Part shown: positions 20,721 through 30,764 of the stretch, in pieces | How the letters are laid out: each line of letters opens with the position of its first letter | How positions within the stretch are numbered: position 1 is the stretch's first letter | Assembly (NCBI GenBank): GCA_963816655.1 | Contig: CAWFLW010000010.1 | Span: 89,512 to 153,511, forward strand | DNA from: an uncultured Alphaproteobacteria bacterium | GTDB lineage: Bacteria; Pseudomonadota; Alphaproteobacteria; Rhizobiales; Xanthobacteraceae | Reading direction: 5' to 3' | Length of the DNA stretch: 64,000 nucleotides | Position numbers and translations under genes: made by a program | The notes under the pieces: generated by a model | What the model was told of the DNA's origin: nothing | What the model saw: only the letters and a program-made list of their open reading frames with translations | Database searches by the model: none

Positions 20721-21434
20721 CTATGCCGTCAGCGCACGCGCCGCGCGGATCAATGCTGCGTTGCTGTCGGCCTCGTTGCCGGAGGGCAGGTGCTTGCCGT
20801 CCTCGAGCCCGATGCGTCCGTCGAGGGAGAGCCGCAGCGCCTCGCGGTAGAACGGCCACATCGTGGCGTCGCGCCCGTGCAGCAGGCGTGGCAGGCGAAT
20901 GCCGGCGCGGTCAAGCAGACTGAGGATGCCGTGGGCGGCCGCCATTCCCTCGGCCAATTCCTCCTCGTTGATCTCGATCAGCACCCGCAGACAGGCGCGG
21001 GCATTGGGATTGGCGATGAACTTCTCGGTATCCGCGACCGACCAGACCCCGGCCTCCACGCCGATGCCTTTCGACAACGCCAGCGCAATGACCTCGGCGG
21101 AGTCCTCCTCGATCAGGTTGATGGATACGTAGTCGGGCAGGGCCGTCCATCCCCTGATGTGTTCCTGCCGCGCGCGCCCCTTCGGCGGGATCCACCAGCC
21201 GGTCGACAGCCCGACGGGCACGCCCGGCACGCTGGTCCTGACGGCGGCAAGCGCGCGCGTCACGTCATCGGGATGCAGGCTCTCCGTGCCATCGGGGCTA
21301 CGAACATGGATGTGCAGTTCCTGCGCGCCGGCCGCGATGACGGCTTTGGCGTCTGTCGCCAGTTCATCTGGCGAGCGCGGGGTTGCCGAATGAAAATCCC
21401 GCGAGCGGCCTCCGTTCAGACAGGCTTGCAACAT
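20721..21434 (-). CDS. 3-keto-5-aminohexanoate cleavage enzyme family (BKACE/DUF849)
   Basis: MLQACLNGGR, LHIHVR, STGWWI, PDYVSIN, RIGLED. Confidence 0.9.
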   Translation of the reverse strand: MLQACLNGGRSRDFHSATPRSPDELATDAKAVIAAGAQELHIHVRSPDGTESLHPDDVTRALAAVRTSVPGVPVGLSTGWWIPPKGRARQEHIRGWTALPDYVSINLIEEDSAEVIALALSKGIGVEAGVWSVADTEKFIANPNARACLRVLIEINEEELAEGMAAAHGILSLLDRAGIRLPRLLHGRDATMWPFYREALRLSLDGRIGLEDGKHLPSGNEADSNAALIRAARALTA

Positions 21435-21534
21435 GATGGAAACTCCGCGTTTACGCTGCCTTCGAACCGCAGGCGCGCTGATTTGACTAATGTCCTGCGC
21501 GCCCGGATGATCCGGCACCCACTGGAATCAATTT

Positions 21535-23130
21535 ATGCAGAAATTTTCGACCAAGTTCAAAGCCGGCGTGTCCGCTGTCGCCGTGCTTGCCGTGCTGTTC
21601 GGCGTCTACGGCTTTCGCAAGCTGCAGGCGCTGGCTGCCGATCCCGACGGCGAGAAGAATTGCCGAACCGCCAACAACGAAGATCAAGGTAAGGCCGACC
21701 TGGAGAAGATCAAGGCGATTGCGCCGCTGCAGGGGGTGAAATGGTCGCAACTGGGTGGCGCCATCAATGACGCGAGCTGCCTCAACAAGACCGAGATCTA
21801 TGGCGTGGTCGAAGTGCGCAGCGTCGACGATATCGCCAAGACGCTCGCCTTTGCCCGCGACAACAAGCTTGCGGTGACCACCGCCGGCGTCCGCCACAGC
21901 ATGGGCGGGCAGGCATTCCGCAAGGGCGGCGTCGTGCTGGATATGCGCACGTTCAACCGCATCGTCCTCAACGAGAGCAGCCGCTCCGTGACCGTACAGC
22001 CCGGCGCGACCTGGCACGACATCCAGAACGCGCTGCATCCGCGTTTTGCCGTCCGCGCCATGCAGTCGACCGATATCTTCTCGGTCGGCGGCTCGATCTC
22101 GGTCAACGCGCACGGCATGGACCACCAGGCCGGCGCGCTGGCGAAATCAATCAAGTCGATGAAGGTGATGCTGGCTGACGGCTCGCTGAAGACGGCGTCA
22201 TCCAGCGAGAACAAGGAACTGTTCGACCTCGTGGTCGGCGGCTACGGCCTGTTCGGCGTCATCGTCGAGGCCGAGCTCGATATCGCCGACAACCTCGTCT
22301 ACCAGACCGGACGGCGCGTGCTGGACTACAAGGAATTCCCCGCGCTGTTTGCGGGCGAGATCGAGAAGGACAAGAACGTCGGCCTGATGTACGGCCATCT
22401 GTCGACCGCGCCCTCGAGCTTCCTGAAGGAGATGTTGCTCTATACCTACACCAAGGTCGACGGCAGCGACTTCAAACGCCAGCCGCTCGGCGAGGTCTCG
22501 GGCGTCAAGCTGCGCCGGCTGACGGTCAATCTCTCCAAGCAGGGACCGCTGTTCCAGGAGATCAAGTGGTTCTCCGAAAAGCACGTCGAGCACCGCATGG
22601 AGAGCTGCACGGTGACCCGCGCGCAGGCGATCGGCTCGGCGGAAGCCTGCCTCGTCAGCCGCAACGACCCGATGCACGACTCTGTGCCCTACTTGCGTAA
22701 CGCACTGCCCGATGACACCGACATCCTGCACGAATATTTCATTCCGCGCAGCCAGTTCGTGTCGTTTGTCGACGGCATGCGCAAGATCATGACCGACAAC
22801 AACACGAACCTTCTGAATGCCTCCGTGCGCATCGTGCATCAGGAAGAAAATTTCCTGACCTATTCGCCGGAGCCGGCGTTCTCGCTGGTGCTCTACATCA
22901 ACCAGACCACGGACGACGATGGCAACGCCCGGATGAAGAAGACGACGGAGGCGCTGATCGACCTCACCATCGCGCACAAGGGGCGGTTCTTCCTGCCGTA
23001 CCAACTCTATTATTCGCGCGAGCAGTTGAAGCGGTCCTATCCGCAGATCGATGCGTTCTTCGCGGCGAAGCGGAAGTTCGATCCGGATGGACTGTTCACT
23101 AACACGTTCCACCAGAAGTACGGGGCTTGA
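21535..23130 (+). CDS. Membrane-anchored FAD-binding oxidoreductase (VAO/PCMH-type FAD-linked oxidase)
   Basis: AGVRHSMGGQ, SVGGSISVNAHG, GGYGLFGVI, KRKFDPDGLFTN. Confidence 0.92.
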   Translation: MQKFSTKFKAGVSAVAVLAVLFGVYGFRKLQALAADPDGEKNCRTANNEDQGKADLEKIKAIAPLQGVKWSQLGGAINDASCLNKTEIYGVVEVRSVDDIAKTLAFARDNKLAVTTAGVRHSMGGQAFRKGGVVLDMRTFNRIVLNESSRSVTVQPGATWHDIQNALHPRFAVRAMQSTDIFSVGGSISVNAHGMDHQAGALAKSIKSMKVMLADGSLKTASSSENKELFDLVVGGYGLFGVIVEAELDIADNLVYQTGRRVLDYKEFPALFAGEIEKDKNVGLMYGHLSTAPSSFLKEMLLYTYTKVDGSDFKRQPLGEVSGVKLRRLTVNLSKQGPLFQEIKWFSEKHVEHRMESCTVTRAQAIGSAEACLVSRNDPMHDSVPYLRNALPDDTDILHEYFIPRSQFVSFVDGMRKIMTDNNTNLLNASVRIVHQEENFLTYSPEPAFSLVLYINQTTDDDGNARMKKTTEALIDLTIAHKGRFFLPYQLYYSREQLKRSYPQIDAFFAAKRKFDPDGLFTNTFHQKYGA

Positions 23131-23140
23131 GGGCTTTCCA

Positions 23141-23232
23141 CCGTCATTGCGAGGAGCGATAGCGACGAAGCAATCCGGCTTTATTATTGTGGCGGAGGAA
23201 GCTGGATTGCTTCGCTTCGCTCGCAACGACGG
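23141..23232. repeat. CGTCATTGCGAG...CTCGCAA(C/T)GACG REP-like palindromic repeat
   Basis: Terminal IR CCGTCATTGCGAG / CTCGCAACGACGG and internal CGAAGCAATCC / GGATTGCTTCG. Confidence 0.85.
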
Positions 23233-23240
23233 AGTGAGCG

Positions 23241-23597
23241 CTAAATCTTGGCCATCACCCGCTTCGGCGGCAGCCCGCTGCAGCCGCCGGCCTGATCGGC
23301 GTCGAGCACGAGCAGCGCGCCCGCAGCGTAGAGGCGGCCGACGAATCCTGCCTCCTCGGAGCGGGCGATGGTGACGTAATCGTACGACATCAGGATATGC
23401 CCCTTTGCGTCGACGACGGCGGCGATGGCCTGGGCTTGCGGTCCGATCACGGCGATGGATTTTCCGGGGCCTGCCGCGAAGGTCATTCCAACCAGAAGTG
23501 CAAGCCAGCCGGCCACGACCAGCGCGATCGCACCTGCGATCCTGCCCGACCGCCTCAACCCGGCGCTAGTAGTCGTAAAAGTGCTCAATGCTGGCAC
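23241..23597 (-). CDS. Hypothetical membrane protein
   Basis: Overlaps the upstream gene; TM helix; LYAAGALLVL...GGC C-terminus. Confidence 0.65.
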   Translation of the reverse strand: MPALSTFTTTSAGLRRSGRIAGAIALVVAGWLALLVGMTFAAGPGKSIAVIGPQAQAIAAVVDAKGHILMSYDYVTIARSEEAGFVGRLYAAGALLVLDADQAGGCSGLPPKRVMAKI

Positions 23598-24663
23598 CTC
23601 GGGCTTTCAGCTCACGATTGATGTCCACGAGACGGTCGATCCTAGCCTTCAGTCCCGCGCGGCGGAAGCCGGGTTTTGCGTCGAGATCGAGCGAGAAGAG
23701 TTCCGTGGCATCCTTGATGTTAAGCGCCGCAGCCTTCGGCGCGATCACCGTGATCATGATCTCGCGATTGCCCGCGATCTCGGCGATGGGAATGCCGCGA
23801 TCGAGCAGGCCGAGCAAAATCTCGGAAAAGTCCTTGTAGCGCGGCGTTTGCACCAACTGCCATTGCGCATTCAGCGCGCGGACCGGCTTGATGCGTGGCT
23901 CCTTCGCCAGCACTTCCGGCGGCAAGGTCGCGACCACAAACATGATGTCGCGCGGCTCGTCGTCGCTGGAGGCGTCGAGCATCTTCTGGATCAACGCCGC
24001 GTAACCGATCTTGATGAAATATTCGCTGCCCAGCGCAAAGCCGCGTTCGATGGTACGGGCCGTGCTCGGCGTCGGCGTCGATATCGCCATAAAGCCGTTG
24101 AGCTTTTCGCGGAACGGATATTTGTACCAGGGGATGGTGTAGAGAAAGGCGGCGTAATCCTGCAGCACGGCGCGGGCATAGTCGTCCTGCGGCGTGCGCT
24201 TGTCACCCCTGATCCATTCGAAGACGCGGCCGATGGTGTTCTCGTAAAGCCCCTTGATGGCGTACTCGATCGAATAGCTGACGCCGATGATGTAGATCAT
24301 CGTCTTCACGTCGGTGCGCGACTCCGTCGCGGGTACCGCGCGATTGATGGTGCAGAAACTGCGCCAGAAGCCAAAAATGTGACCGAGGTAGTCGAACTGG
24401 CTTTCGTTGCCGCGATCGAGGAAGCGGCCAAAATCCTCGAAGGAATAGACGATGTACCATTCCGGAAAGGTGAAGAAGGTGTTGTCGAGCTTGCGGCGAT
24501 AACCCTTCTCGTCGATTGCCGGCAACGCGGTCGATGGTGCTGCCGCTGTTGCCGAGCCTTCAACCGGGCCGCAGGTGCCCTCGACGTAGGCGAGCGGCAG
24601 GACGACCGCGAGCACCAGCAGGATCGCGAGTGTCGCCAGGAAGCGTCGCAACCGCCTAAGCAT
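23566..24663 (-). CDS. Uncharacterised exported protein with a FTFPEWYIVYS motif
   Basis: 365 aa, N-terminal anchor, coupled overlaps with neighbours, C-terminal HFYDY. Confidence 0.8.
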   Translation of the reverse strand: MLRRLRRFLATLAILLVLAVVLPLAYVEGTCGPVEGSATAAAPSTALPAIDEKGYRRKLDNTFFTFPEWYIVYSFEDFGRFLDRGNESQFDYLGHIFGFWRSFCTINRAVPATESRTDVKTMIYIIGVSYSIEYAIKGLYENTIGRVFEWIRGDKRTPQDDYARAVLQDYAAFLYTIPWYKYPFREKLNGFMAISTPTPSTARTIERGFALGSEYFIKIGYAALIQKMLDASSDDEPRDIMFVVATLPPEVLAKEPRIKPVRALNAQWQLVQTPRYKDFSEILLGLLDRGIPIAEIAGNREIMITVIAPKAAALNIKDATELFSLDLDAKPGFRRAGLKARIDRLVDINRELKARGASIEHFYDY

Positions 24664-25078
24664 GGGCGGTCGCGCGCGTCCGCGGCGCCAGCAGATAACC
24701 GATCAGGATCGCTACGCCGCCAAGCCCGAGATGCGGCGCGTTGGCAAAAATCCGTGTCGACAGCGGCAGGTTGAGGACGCCGTTGATCAGGATGCCGAAG
24801 TCGAGATAACCGCTGCCGGTAAGAAGCCCGAGCACGCCATCGGCAAAGTAGAATGCGCCGAACAATTGGAAGAACAGCTCGGAGGCGCGGCGGGAGGTGA
24901 ATGCGGCAGTGGCGGCCCACAGTGCAGACACCAGATGCAGGCTGTCGGCATACCAGGTGCGGCGGAACAGGCCGAAGATCATGTCGTTCTGGTCGATGAA
25001 GGCGGGGATGTAACCGGTCAGGATCACGAAGCCGAGCAGGGCGGCATAGCCCCAGGCGCACAATCTGATGATGTCCAT
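24656..25078 (-). CDS. Four-TM membrane protein (DUF4383-like)
   Basis: IFGLF..WYADSLHLVSA, FG.FYFADG.LG, PHL.LG pattern. Confidence 0.75.
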   Translation of the reverse strand: MDIIRLCAWGYAALLGFVILTGYIPAFIDQNDMIFGLFRRTWYADSLHLVSALWAATAAFTSRRASELFFQLFGAFYFADGVLGLLTGSGYLDFGILINGVLNLPLSTRIFANAPHLGLGGVAILIGYLLAPRTRATAHA

Positions 25079-25113
25079 GGTGTTCTTTGCCTCGTCGAAT
25101 CTGCCTCTGGAGT

Positions 25114-26082
25114 TTAGAGCTTTCCGAGCGCCTTGAGCAGGGCGTCATTGAACGCGCCGGGGTCTTCGATCTGCGGAATATGCCCGAGCCCGGGCAGGGT
25201 GGTCAGCGTCGCCTGCGGCAGCAGGGTTTTCAGATCATTGGCCTGCGCGAGCGGCGTGACGGTGTCGCTGTCGCCCCAGAGGATGGCGACGGGTGCCTTG
25301 AGCCGCGCATAAGCGTTGCGGTCGGCGCTCGATGCGGCACGGTCGGCGCCGAGGAAATAGTAGACCCAGTCGGCGATATCGGCCGTGCTGTTGGCGCGCC
25401 GTGTCGGCCGCTGCAGGATCTCGACATATTCGGGCAGCGCGCGCTCCTTCTTCGCGATCAGCGACTGCAAAAGCCACTTGGTCGCCAGCGGATTGGTGAT
25501 GCTGAGCGAGACCAGAACTTCGCGAATCCATTTTGGCCGCACCAGCACGGGTGCGTCGGAGGGGGCTGCGGTCAACCCCAGCGCGGCATCGACCAGCACC
25601 AAGGCGCGCGCCCGCTCCGGATAACGCATCACGAGCTCGGTCGCTGCGCCTGCACCGAAGGAATGGCCGACGATGATGGCGGGACCCGCCTTGAGGGCGC
25701 CGAGCACTTCGTTGACGCGCGCTGCCTGATCGCGCCTTGTGTAGGTGCCGGGCCGGTCCGAGAATCCGAACGGCGGCAGATCGAGCGCGATGACCCGGAA
25801 TTCGCGCGCGGCCAACGCGTCGCTGGTGCGCCACCATAGTTCGCTCCATGCCGCGGTGCCGTGGAACAGCACGACGGGGATGCCGTTGGGCGGACCCTTC
25901 TCCTGAACAAACACGCCGCCGGAACTGGTTGGCACCAGCCGGCCGCTTGTAGGCGCCAATGCTTCACGCGTGGCGGTTTCGCGCAAGGAGGCGGCAAGAC
26001 GGAAGCCGGCGAGCGCAACAACCAGCAGCAGAAGCAGGCCCAGCACAATCCTGACCGGCCAGCGCAGAAGCTTGGAAATCAC
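25114..26082 (-). CDS. Alpha/beta fold hydrolase with N-terminal anchor
   Basis: LFHG, DLPPFGFS, GHSFG nucleophile, WGDSD, GHIPQIE. Confidence 0.92.
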   Translation of the reverse strand: MISKLLRWPVRIVLGLLLLLVVALAGFRLAASLRETATREALAPTSGRLVPTSSGGVFVQEKGPPNGIPVVLFHGTAAWSELWWRTSDALAAREFRVIALDLPPFGFSDRPGTYTRRDQAARVNEVLGALKAGPAIIVGHSFGAGAATELVMRYPERARALVLVDAALGLTAAPSDAPVLVRPKWIREVLVSLSITNPLATKWLLQSLIAKKERALPEYVEILQRPTRRANSTADIADWVYYFLGADRAASSADRNAYARLKAPVAILWGDSDTVTPLAQANDLKTLLPQATLTTLPGLGHIPQIEDPGAFNDALLKALGKL

Positions 26083-26185
26083 CGTGGCCTCGCAACAAAG
26101 AATTGCAAATCGCTTCTCTTGTAGCGAAAAGCGTCGCAGGCCTCGATGAAATTTCTGCGGCCGAGATCGCAGTGCAGTTAATAAA

Positions 26186-27604
26186 TCACTGCCCCGACGG
26201 CGTGCGCAGGCCGTGCCAGGCGTCGCGCACCTGGTGGTAGTGCACTTCGGGCAGGTAGTCCGGCGTGTTGAGGCTGAGCGTCTTGACGTCGAGCCGGCCG
26301 ATGGCGCTGAGCAGGGTGTAGGAGGAGATCACCCGGTCGCGCTGCGCGCCGATCAGCCGCGCCTTGGCCTGGATCAGGTCCTGCTGCGAATTGAGCACGT
26401 CGACCGTGGTGCGCTGGCCGCCGGCAGCTTCCTTCTGCACACCCAGCAAGGCGACGCCCGCGGCGCGGACCTCGGATTCGGCGGCGGAGACGGCGATCTT
26501 GGCGCCTTCGTTGGCGACCCAGGCGCTGATGGCCGCGGTGCGGGCCTGGTTGCGGACCTGCTCCAGCACCAGCCGGCTTTGCGACGCCAGCTCCTTGGCC
26601 TGCCGGGTTTGCGAAGCCGCCGTGCCGCCGTCATAGATCGGCTGGTTCAATTGTCCGACGACGGAGGCCTGGTCGGTCCCGCGGGTGCCAAGCGTCGGGT
26701 CATTATCGCGGCTCTTGCTGGCGCTGCCCTGTACGGTAATGGTCGGCAACAGGCTGCCTTCCGCGACGCGGATCGTGGTGGAGGCGACGTCGACGTCGAA
26801 CCCAGCGGCCATCACGGCGGGGTGCTGCGTGAAAGCAATCTGCGTCGCATCCTCGCGGCTGCGCGGCCCGAAACGATCCACGGTCTGGGCCGGCTGCAAC
26901 GCCGAGGGCGGGTTGCCGATCACCTGGGTGTAGGTGGCCTGGCTGATGGCAAGGGCGACCTCGGCGGCGTTGAGGTCGGACAGGCCGCGGTTGAGGCGGG
27001 CTTCGGCCTGGGCGGTATCGGTCGGGGTGACGTCGCCGGCATTGAGGCGCTTCTGGGTGATGCTCTGGGTCTCTCGCAGGAACGCGACGTTGGCGCGCTG
27101 GGCTTCGACCAGCGACTGGTTGGCGAGCACGTTGGTATAGGCGGTCACGGCATCGAGCAGCACGCCCTGGCCGGTGTTGCGCAGCGCCTCTCGGCCGGAA
27201 CTGACCTGCAACTCCGCCACCCGCACGCTGTTGGCGGTCTTGAAGCCGTTGAACAGCACCTGCGTGACGGTCACGCCGATCTGCCAAGGCCTTAGCGAGG
27301 CGGATTGAACCGTATTGTCAGGAAGAAGATTGCGCACCGACTGCAGGCCGGCGCTCAGACTTGCGATGATCTGCGGCCGGTAACCCGCGAGCGCCTGTGG
27401 AACATTTTCGTCCGTGGCACGCTGCCGTGCCCGCTCGGCATTCAAGGCCGGATTGGTCTGGTAGGCCCGCGCCAAAGCGTCGGGCAAGCCCTCGGCCGCA
27501 GCCGGAAACACGGCCAAGCCAACACATGAGATCACGCCAAGGCAGATGCCCAATCGAAGCATGCGCCCCTTAACGTGGCCAATGCTGGCGGCACGCCCAA
27601 ACAT
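26186..27604 (-). CDS. TolC family outer membrane protein
   Basis: AYQTNPALNAERA, LFNGFKTANSV, GQRTTVDVLNSQQDL. Confidence 0.93.
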   Translation of the reverse strand: MFGRAASIGHVKGRMLRLGICLGVISCVGLAVFPAAAEGLPDALARAYQTNPALNAERARQRATDENVPQALAGYRPQIIASLSAGLQSVRNLLPDNTVQSASLRPWQIGVTVTQVLFNGFKTANSVRVAELQVSSGREALRNTGQGVLLDAVTAYTNVLANQSLVEAQRANVAFLRETQSITQKRLNAGDVTPTDTAQAEARLNRGLSDLNAAEVALAISQATYTQVIGNPPSALQPAQTVDRFGPRSREDATQIAFTQHPAVMAAGFDVDVASTTIRVAEGSLLPTITVQGSASKSRDNDPTLGTRGTDQASVVGQLNQPIYDGGTAASQTRQAKELASQSRLVLEQVRNQARTAAISAWVANEGAKIAVSAAESEVRAAGVALLGVQKEAAGGQRTTVDVLNSQQDLIQAKARLIGAQRDRVISSYTLLSAIGRLDVKTLSLNTPDYLPEVHYHQVRDAWHGLRTPSGQ

Positions 27605-27842
27605 TTTTCCCGCAACTACCCCACGCCATCCGCCCCCGCCGACGGCCTCGACAGATGTACCTGTTTAGGGGGAGGGGCCGCCACTGGCAAACCGCCGCGC
27701 GACATCTGCACATCAATTCGGTGCTTGGCTGTTGCCGGTTCGTCACAGACGAATCGCAAGCGCAAATGGGCTATAGCTTGGCCGCGGGCGCCGCACGATT
27801 CCGTGAGCCGAGCCCTGCGGTTACGTCAGGGTGATGCCTTCA

Positions 27843-29690
27843 ATGTCAAAGCAGTTTTCCGACCCCGAGGCTGTTGTCGACGACATCATCCGCGAGGTCG
27901 GAACGCGTCTGGTGGTCGGCCTGCCGCTGGGGCTCGGAAAGGCCAACCACATCGTCAATGCGCTGTATGAACGGGCCGCTGCCGACCGCACCATCGACCT
28001 CACCTTGTTCTCGGCGCTCACGCTGGAAAAGCCGAAGCCCGCGAGCCTTCTGGAAGCGCGCTTCGGCGGGCCGGTGGTCGAGCGGCTGTTCGGCGGCTAT
28101 CCCGATCTCGCCTATGTCGCGCCGTTGCGTGCCGGCCGGCTGCCGTCAAACATCAAGGTGCTGGAGTTCTTCTTCCTCGCCGGCCGCTGGCTGCACGTGC
28201 CGTTCGCGCAACAGCACTATATTTCGGCGAACTACACCCACGCCGCCTCATACTTGCTGGCGCGCGGGCTCAACGTCGTGCTTCAGCTTGTGGCCAAACG
28301 CGTGGTCGACGGCGAGCCCCGCTACAGCCTGAGCTGCAATACCGACACGACACTGGACATCATGCGGGCGCGCGCCGAGGGGCGCGCCGCCTTCAAGCTG
28401 TATGGACAGGTGAATTCGGAACTGCCGTTCATGCCGGGGCCGGGCGACCTGCCGGCGAGTGAATTCAGCGCCATCCTTGACAGTCCCGCGACCGACTTTC
28501 CGTTGTTCGCGCCGCCGGCCGAGCCGATCAGCGACACCAAATATTCGATCGGGCTGCATGCTGCGACACTGGTTCCCGACGGCGGCACGCTGCAGATCGG
28601 CATCGGACAGGTTGCCGACGCGCTGGCGCAGGGACTGGTGGTTCGCCACCGCAACAACGCGCTGTTCCGCGACATCATGCGACGGCTTTCGCCGGGCACG
28701 ACGCCGCGTGAGGCCGGCACGTTCGAGACAGGTCTTTACGGCGTCAGCGAGATGGTGTTCGAGGCGTTTCTCGGGCTGATCGATGCCGGCATCCTCAAGC
28801 GCGCTGTCGACGGCGTCATCCTGCATGGCGCGTTCTTCCTCGGGCCGAAATCCTTCTATCGCGCGCTGCGCGAGATGAAGCCCGAGGAGATCGCGCGCAT
28901 CCAGATGATGCCGGTCTCCTACACCAACGCGCTCTATGGCGGCGAGGACGATAAACGTCGGGCCCGTACCGGCGCGCGTTTCGTCAACAACGCCATGATG
29001 GCGACCTTGATGGGCGCGGCCGTTTCCGATGGCCTCGAGGACGGGCAGGTCATCAGCGGTGTCGGCGGCCAGTATAATTTCGTGGCACAGGCCTTTGCGC
29101 TCGAAGGCGCGCGATCGGTGCTGGCGCTGGAGGCAACGCGCGCGGCGGGGCGGGGGTTGCTTTCCAACATTCGCTGGAATTACGGCCACACCACCATTCC
29201 CAGGCACTTGCGCGACGTCTTCGTGTCAGAATATGGCGTCGCCGACGTCAGGGGAAAATCCGACGCGGACGTGATCGCGGCCATGCTGGCAATCGCGGAT
29301 TCGCGCTTCCAGGGTGAACTGACGCGGCAGGCCAAGGAAGCCGGCAAGCTGCCGAAGAATTTTGAGATCGCGCCCGCCCATCGCGAGAACTTTCCCGAAC
29401 GCATTGCATCGGTGCTCAAGCCTGCGCGCGAGGCGGGGCTGTTGCCGTCATTCCCGTTCGGCAGCGATTTTACCGACGTCGAGCAGCGCTTGATCCCGGC
29501 GCTGCAATTGCTGCAAGCGGCGCAGCGGACGCCGATACAATTGGCGGCGCTCTTGTGGGAAGGATTCACCCGCACGCCGGATGCCGCCGACGAGGAATGC
29601 CTGGCGCGGCTCGGCCTCGACCGGCCGAAGAATTGGACCGAGCGCGGTTACCGCGCGCTGGTCAGTGCGGCGCTGGGGCGATTGAAATGA
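27843..29690 (+). CDS. Acetyl-CoA hydrolase/transferase family protein
   Basis: GLPLGLGKAN, DGGTLQIGIG, SGVGGQYNFV, IPRHLRDVFVSEYG. Confidence 0.92.
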   Translation: MSKQFSDPEAVVDDIIREVGTRLVVGLPLGLGKANHIVNALYERAAADRTIDLTLFSALTLEKPKPASLLEARFGGPVVERLFGGYPDLAYVAPLRAGRLPSNIKVLEFFFLAGRWLHVPFAQQHYISANYTHAASYLLARGLNVVLQLVAKRVVDGEPRYSLSCNTDTTLDIMRARAEGRAAFKLYGQVNSELPFMPGPGDLPASEFSAILDSPATDFPLFAPPAEPISDTKYSIGLHAATLVPDGGTLQIGIGQVADALAQGLVVRHRNNALFRDIMRRLSPGTTPREAGTFETGLYGVSEMVFEAFLGLIDAGILKRAVDGVILHGAFFLGPKSFYRALREMKPEEIARIQMMPVSYTNALYGGEDDKRRARTGARFVNNAMMATLMGAAVSDGLEDGQVISGVGGQYNFVAQAFALEGARSVLALEATRAAGRGLLSNIRWNYGHTTIPRHLRDVFVSEYGVADVRGKSDADVIAAMLAIADSRFQGELTRQAKEAGKLPKNFEIAPAHRENFPERIASVLKPAREAGLLPSFPFGSDFTDVEQRLIPALQLLQAAQRTPIQLAALLWEGFTRTPDAADEECLARLGLDRPKNWTERGYRALVSAALGRLK

Positions 29691-29694
29691 TTTT

Positions 29695-29781
29695 GTAGGG
29701 TGGGCTAAGGCGCGTGAGCGCCGTGCCCACCTTTCTTGCCGTGCTCGGGAAGGTGGGCACGCTTCGCTTTGCCCACCCTAC
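29695..29781. repeat. GTAG-family REP doublet (REPIN-like)
   Basis: GTAGGGTGGGC...GTGCCCACC / GGTGGGCAC...GCCCACCCTAC inverted pair between convergent genes. Confidence 0.85.
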
Positions 29782-29810
29782 AGGTCGGTTCGTTTACCTG
29801 GGCCGACGAG

Positions 29811-30590
29811 CTACCTGTTCTTGTTCACCGGCTTGCGCTTCTCGATGAAGGCGGCCATGCCCTCGGAGCGGTCTTCCAGCGCAAACGTCGCGTGGAACAG
29901 GTTGCGCTCGACATTGAGGCCTTCCGACAGCGGTGTCTCGAAGGCGCGGTTGACGGCCTCCTTCGCCATCGCCGCCGCCGGCTGCGACATCGCCGCGATC
30001 TTTTCCGCCGCCGCCATCACCTCGCCCATCAGCTGGTCGGCCGGCACGACGCGGCTGACCAGGCCCGAGCGCTCGGCCTCGGCCGCATCCATCATCCGCC
30101 CGGTGAGGCATAGATCCATCGCCTTGGATTTGCCGATTGCGCGGGTCAGCCGCTGGGTACCGCCGATGCCGGGAATGGTGCCGAGCGTGATCTCGGGCTG
30201 GCCGAATTTCGCGGTGTCGGAGGCGATGATGATGTCGCACATCATGGCGAGCTCGCAGCCGCCGCCGAGCGCATAGCCGCTGACGGCGGCAATGGTCGGC
30301 TTGCGGCAGCGCGCGATGCGGTCGCCGCCGATGGCCGCGAAGTCCGACGAGAACATGTCGATGAAGCCTTTTGGCTGCATCTCCTTGATGTCCGCGCCGG
30401 CGGCAAACGCCTTCTCGCTGCCGGTGACGACGATGCAGCCGATCGCCTCGTCGGCCTCGAGGTCATCGACTGCGGCCGCGATCTCGCGGAAGACGCCGAA
30501 CGACAGCGCATTCAGCATCTTCGGACGGTTCAGCGTGATGATGCCGACCGCGCCCTTGCTGTCGACGAGAATGTGTTCGAACGTGCTCAT
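29811..30590 (-). CDS. Enoyl-CoA hydratase
   Basis: [40 protein letters not shown]. Confidence 0.95.
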   Translation of the reverse strand: MSTFEHILVDSKGAVGIITLNRPKMLNALSFGVFREIAAAVDDLEADEAIGCIVVTGSEKAFAAGADIKEMQPKGFIDMFSSDFAAIGGDRIARCRKPTIAAVSGYALGGGCELAMMCDIIIASDTAKFGQPEITLGTIPGIGGTQRLTRAIGKSKAMDLCLTGRMMDAAEAERSGLVSRVVPADQLMGEVMAAAEKIAAMSQPAAAMAKEAVNRAFETPLSEGLNVERNLFHATFALEDRSEGMAAFIEKRKPVNKNR

Positions 30591-30656
30591 GAGCCACCCC
30601 AAATGAAATTTGGAGGACATTGCCCGCTCGAGGGATGGGCTTCAAGGGGCGGGCTG

Positions 30657-30743
30657 ATCATGATCCGATCGGATCATGATTTCTTCGCTTTATTGAGCAT
30701 GATCCTTTCGGAAAACCGGTGTCCACTTTTCCAGATCATGCTC
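30657..30743 (-). repeat. GCATGATC-family repeat plus a perfect 24-bp palindrome
   Basis: ATCATGATCCGATCGGATCATGAT (30657-30680) then GAGCATGATCC...GAAAACCGG...CACTTTTCC-AGATCATGCTC. Confidence 0.8.
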
Positions 30744-30764
30744 CGGCCGCCCCTTGGCAGGCGG

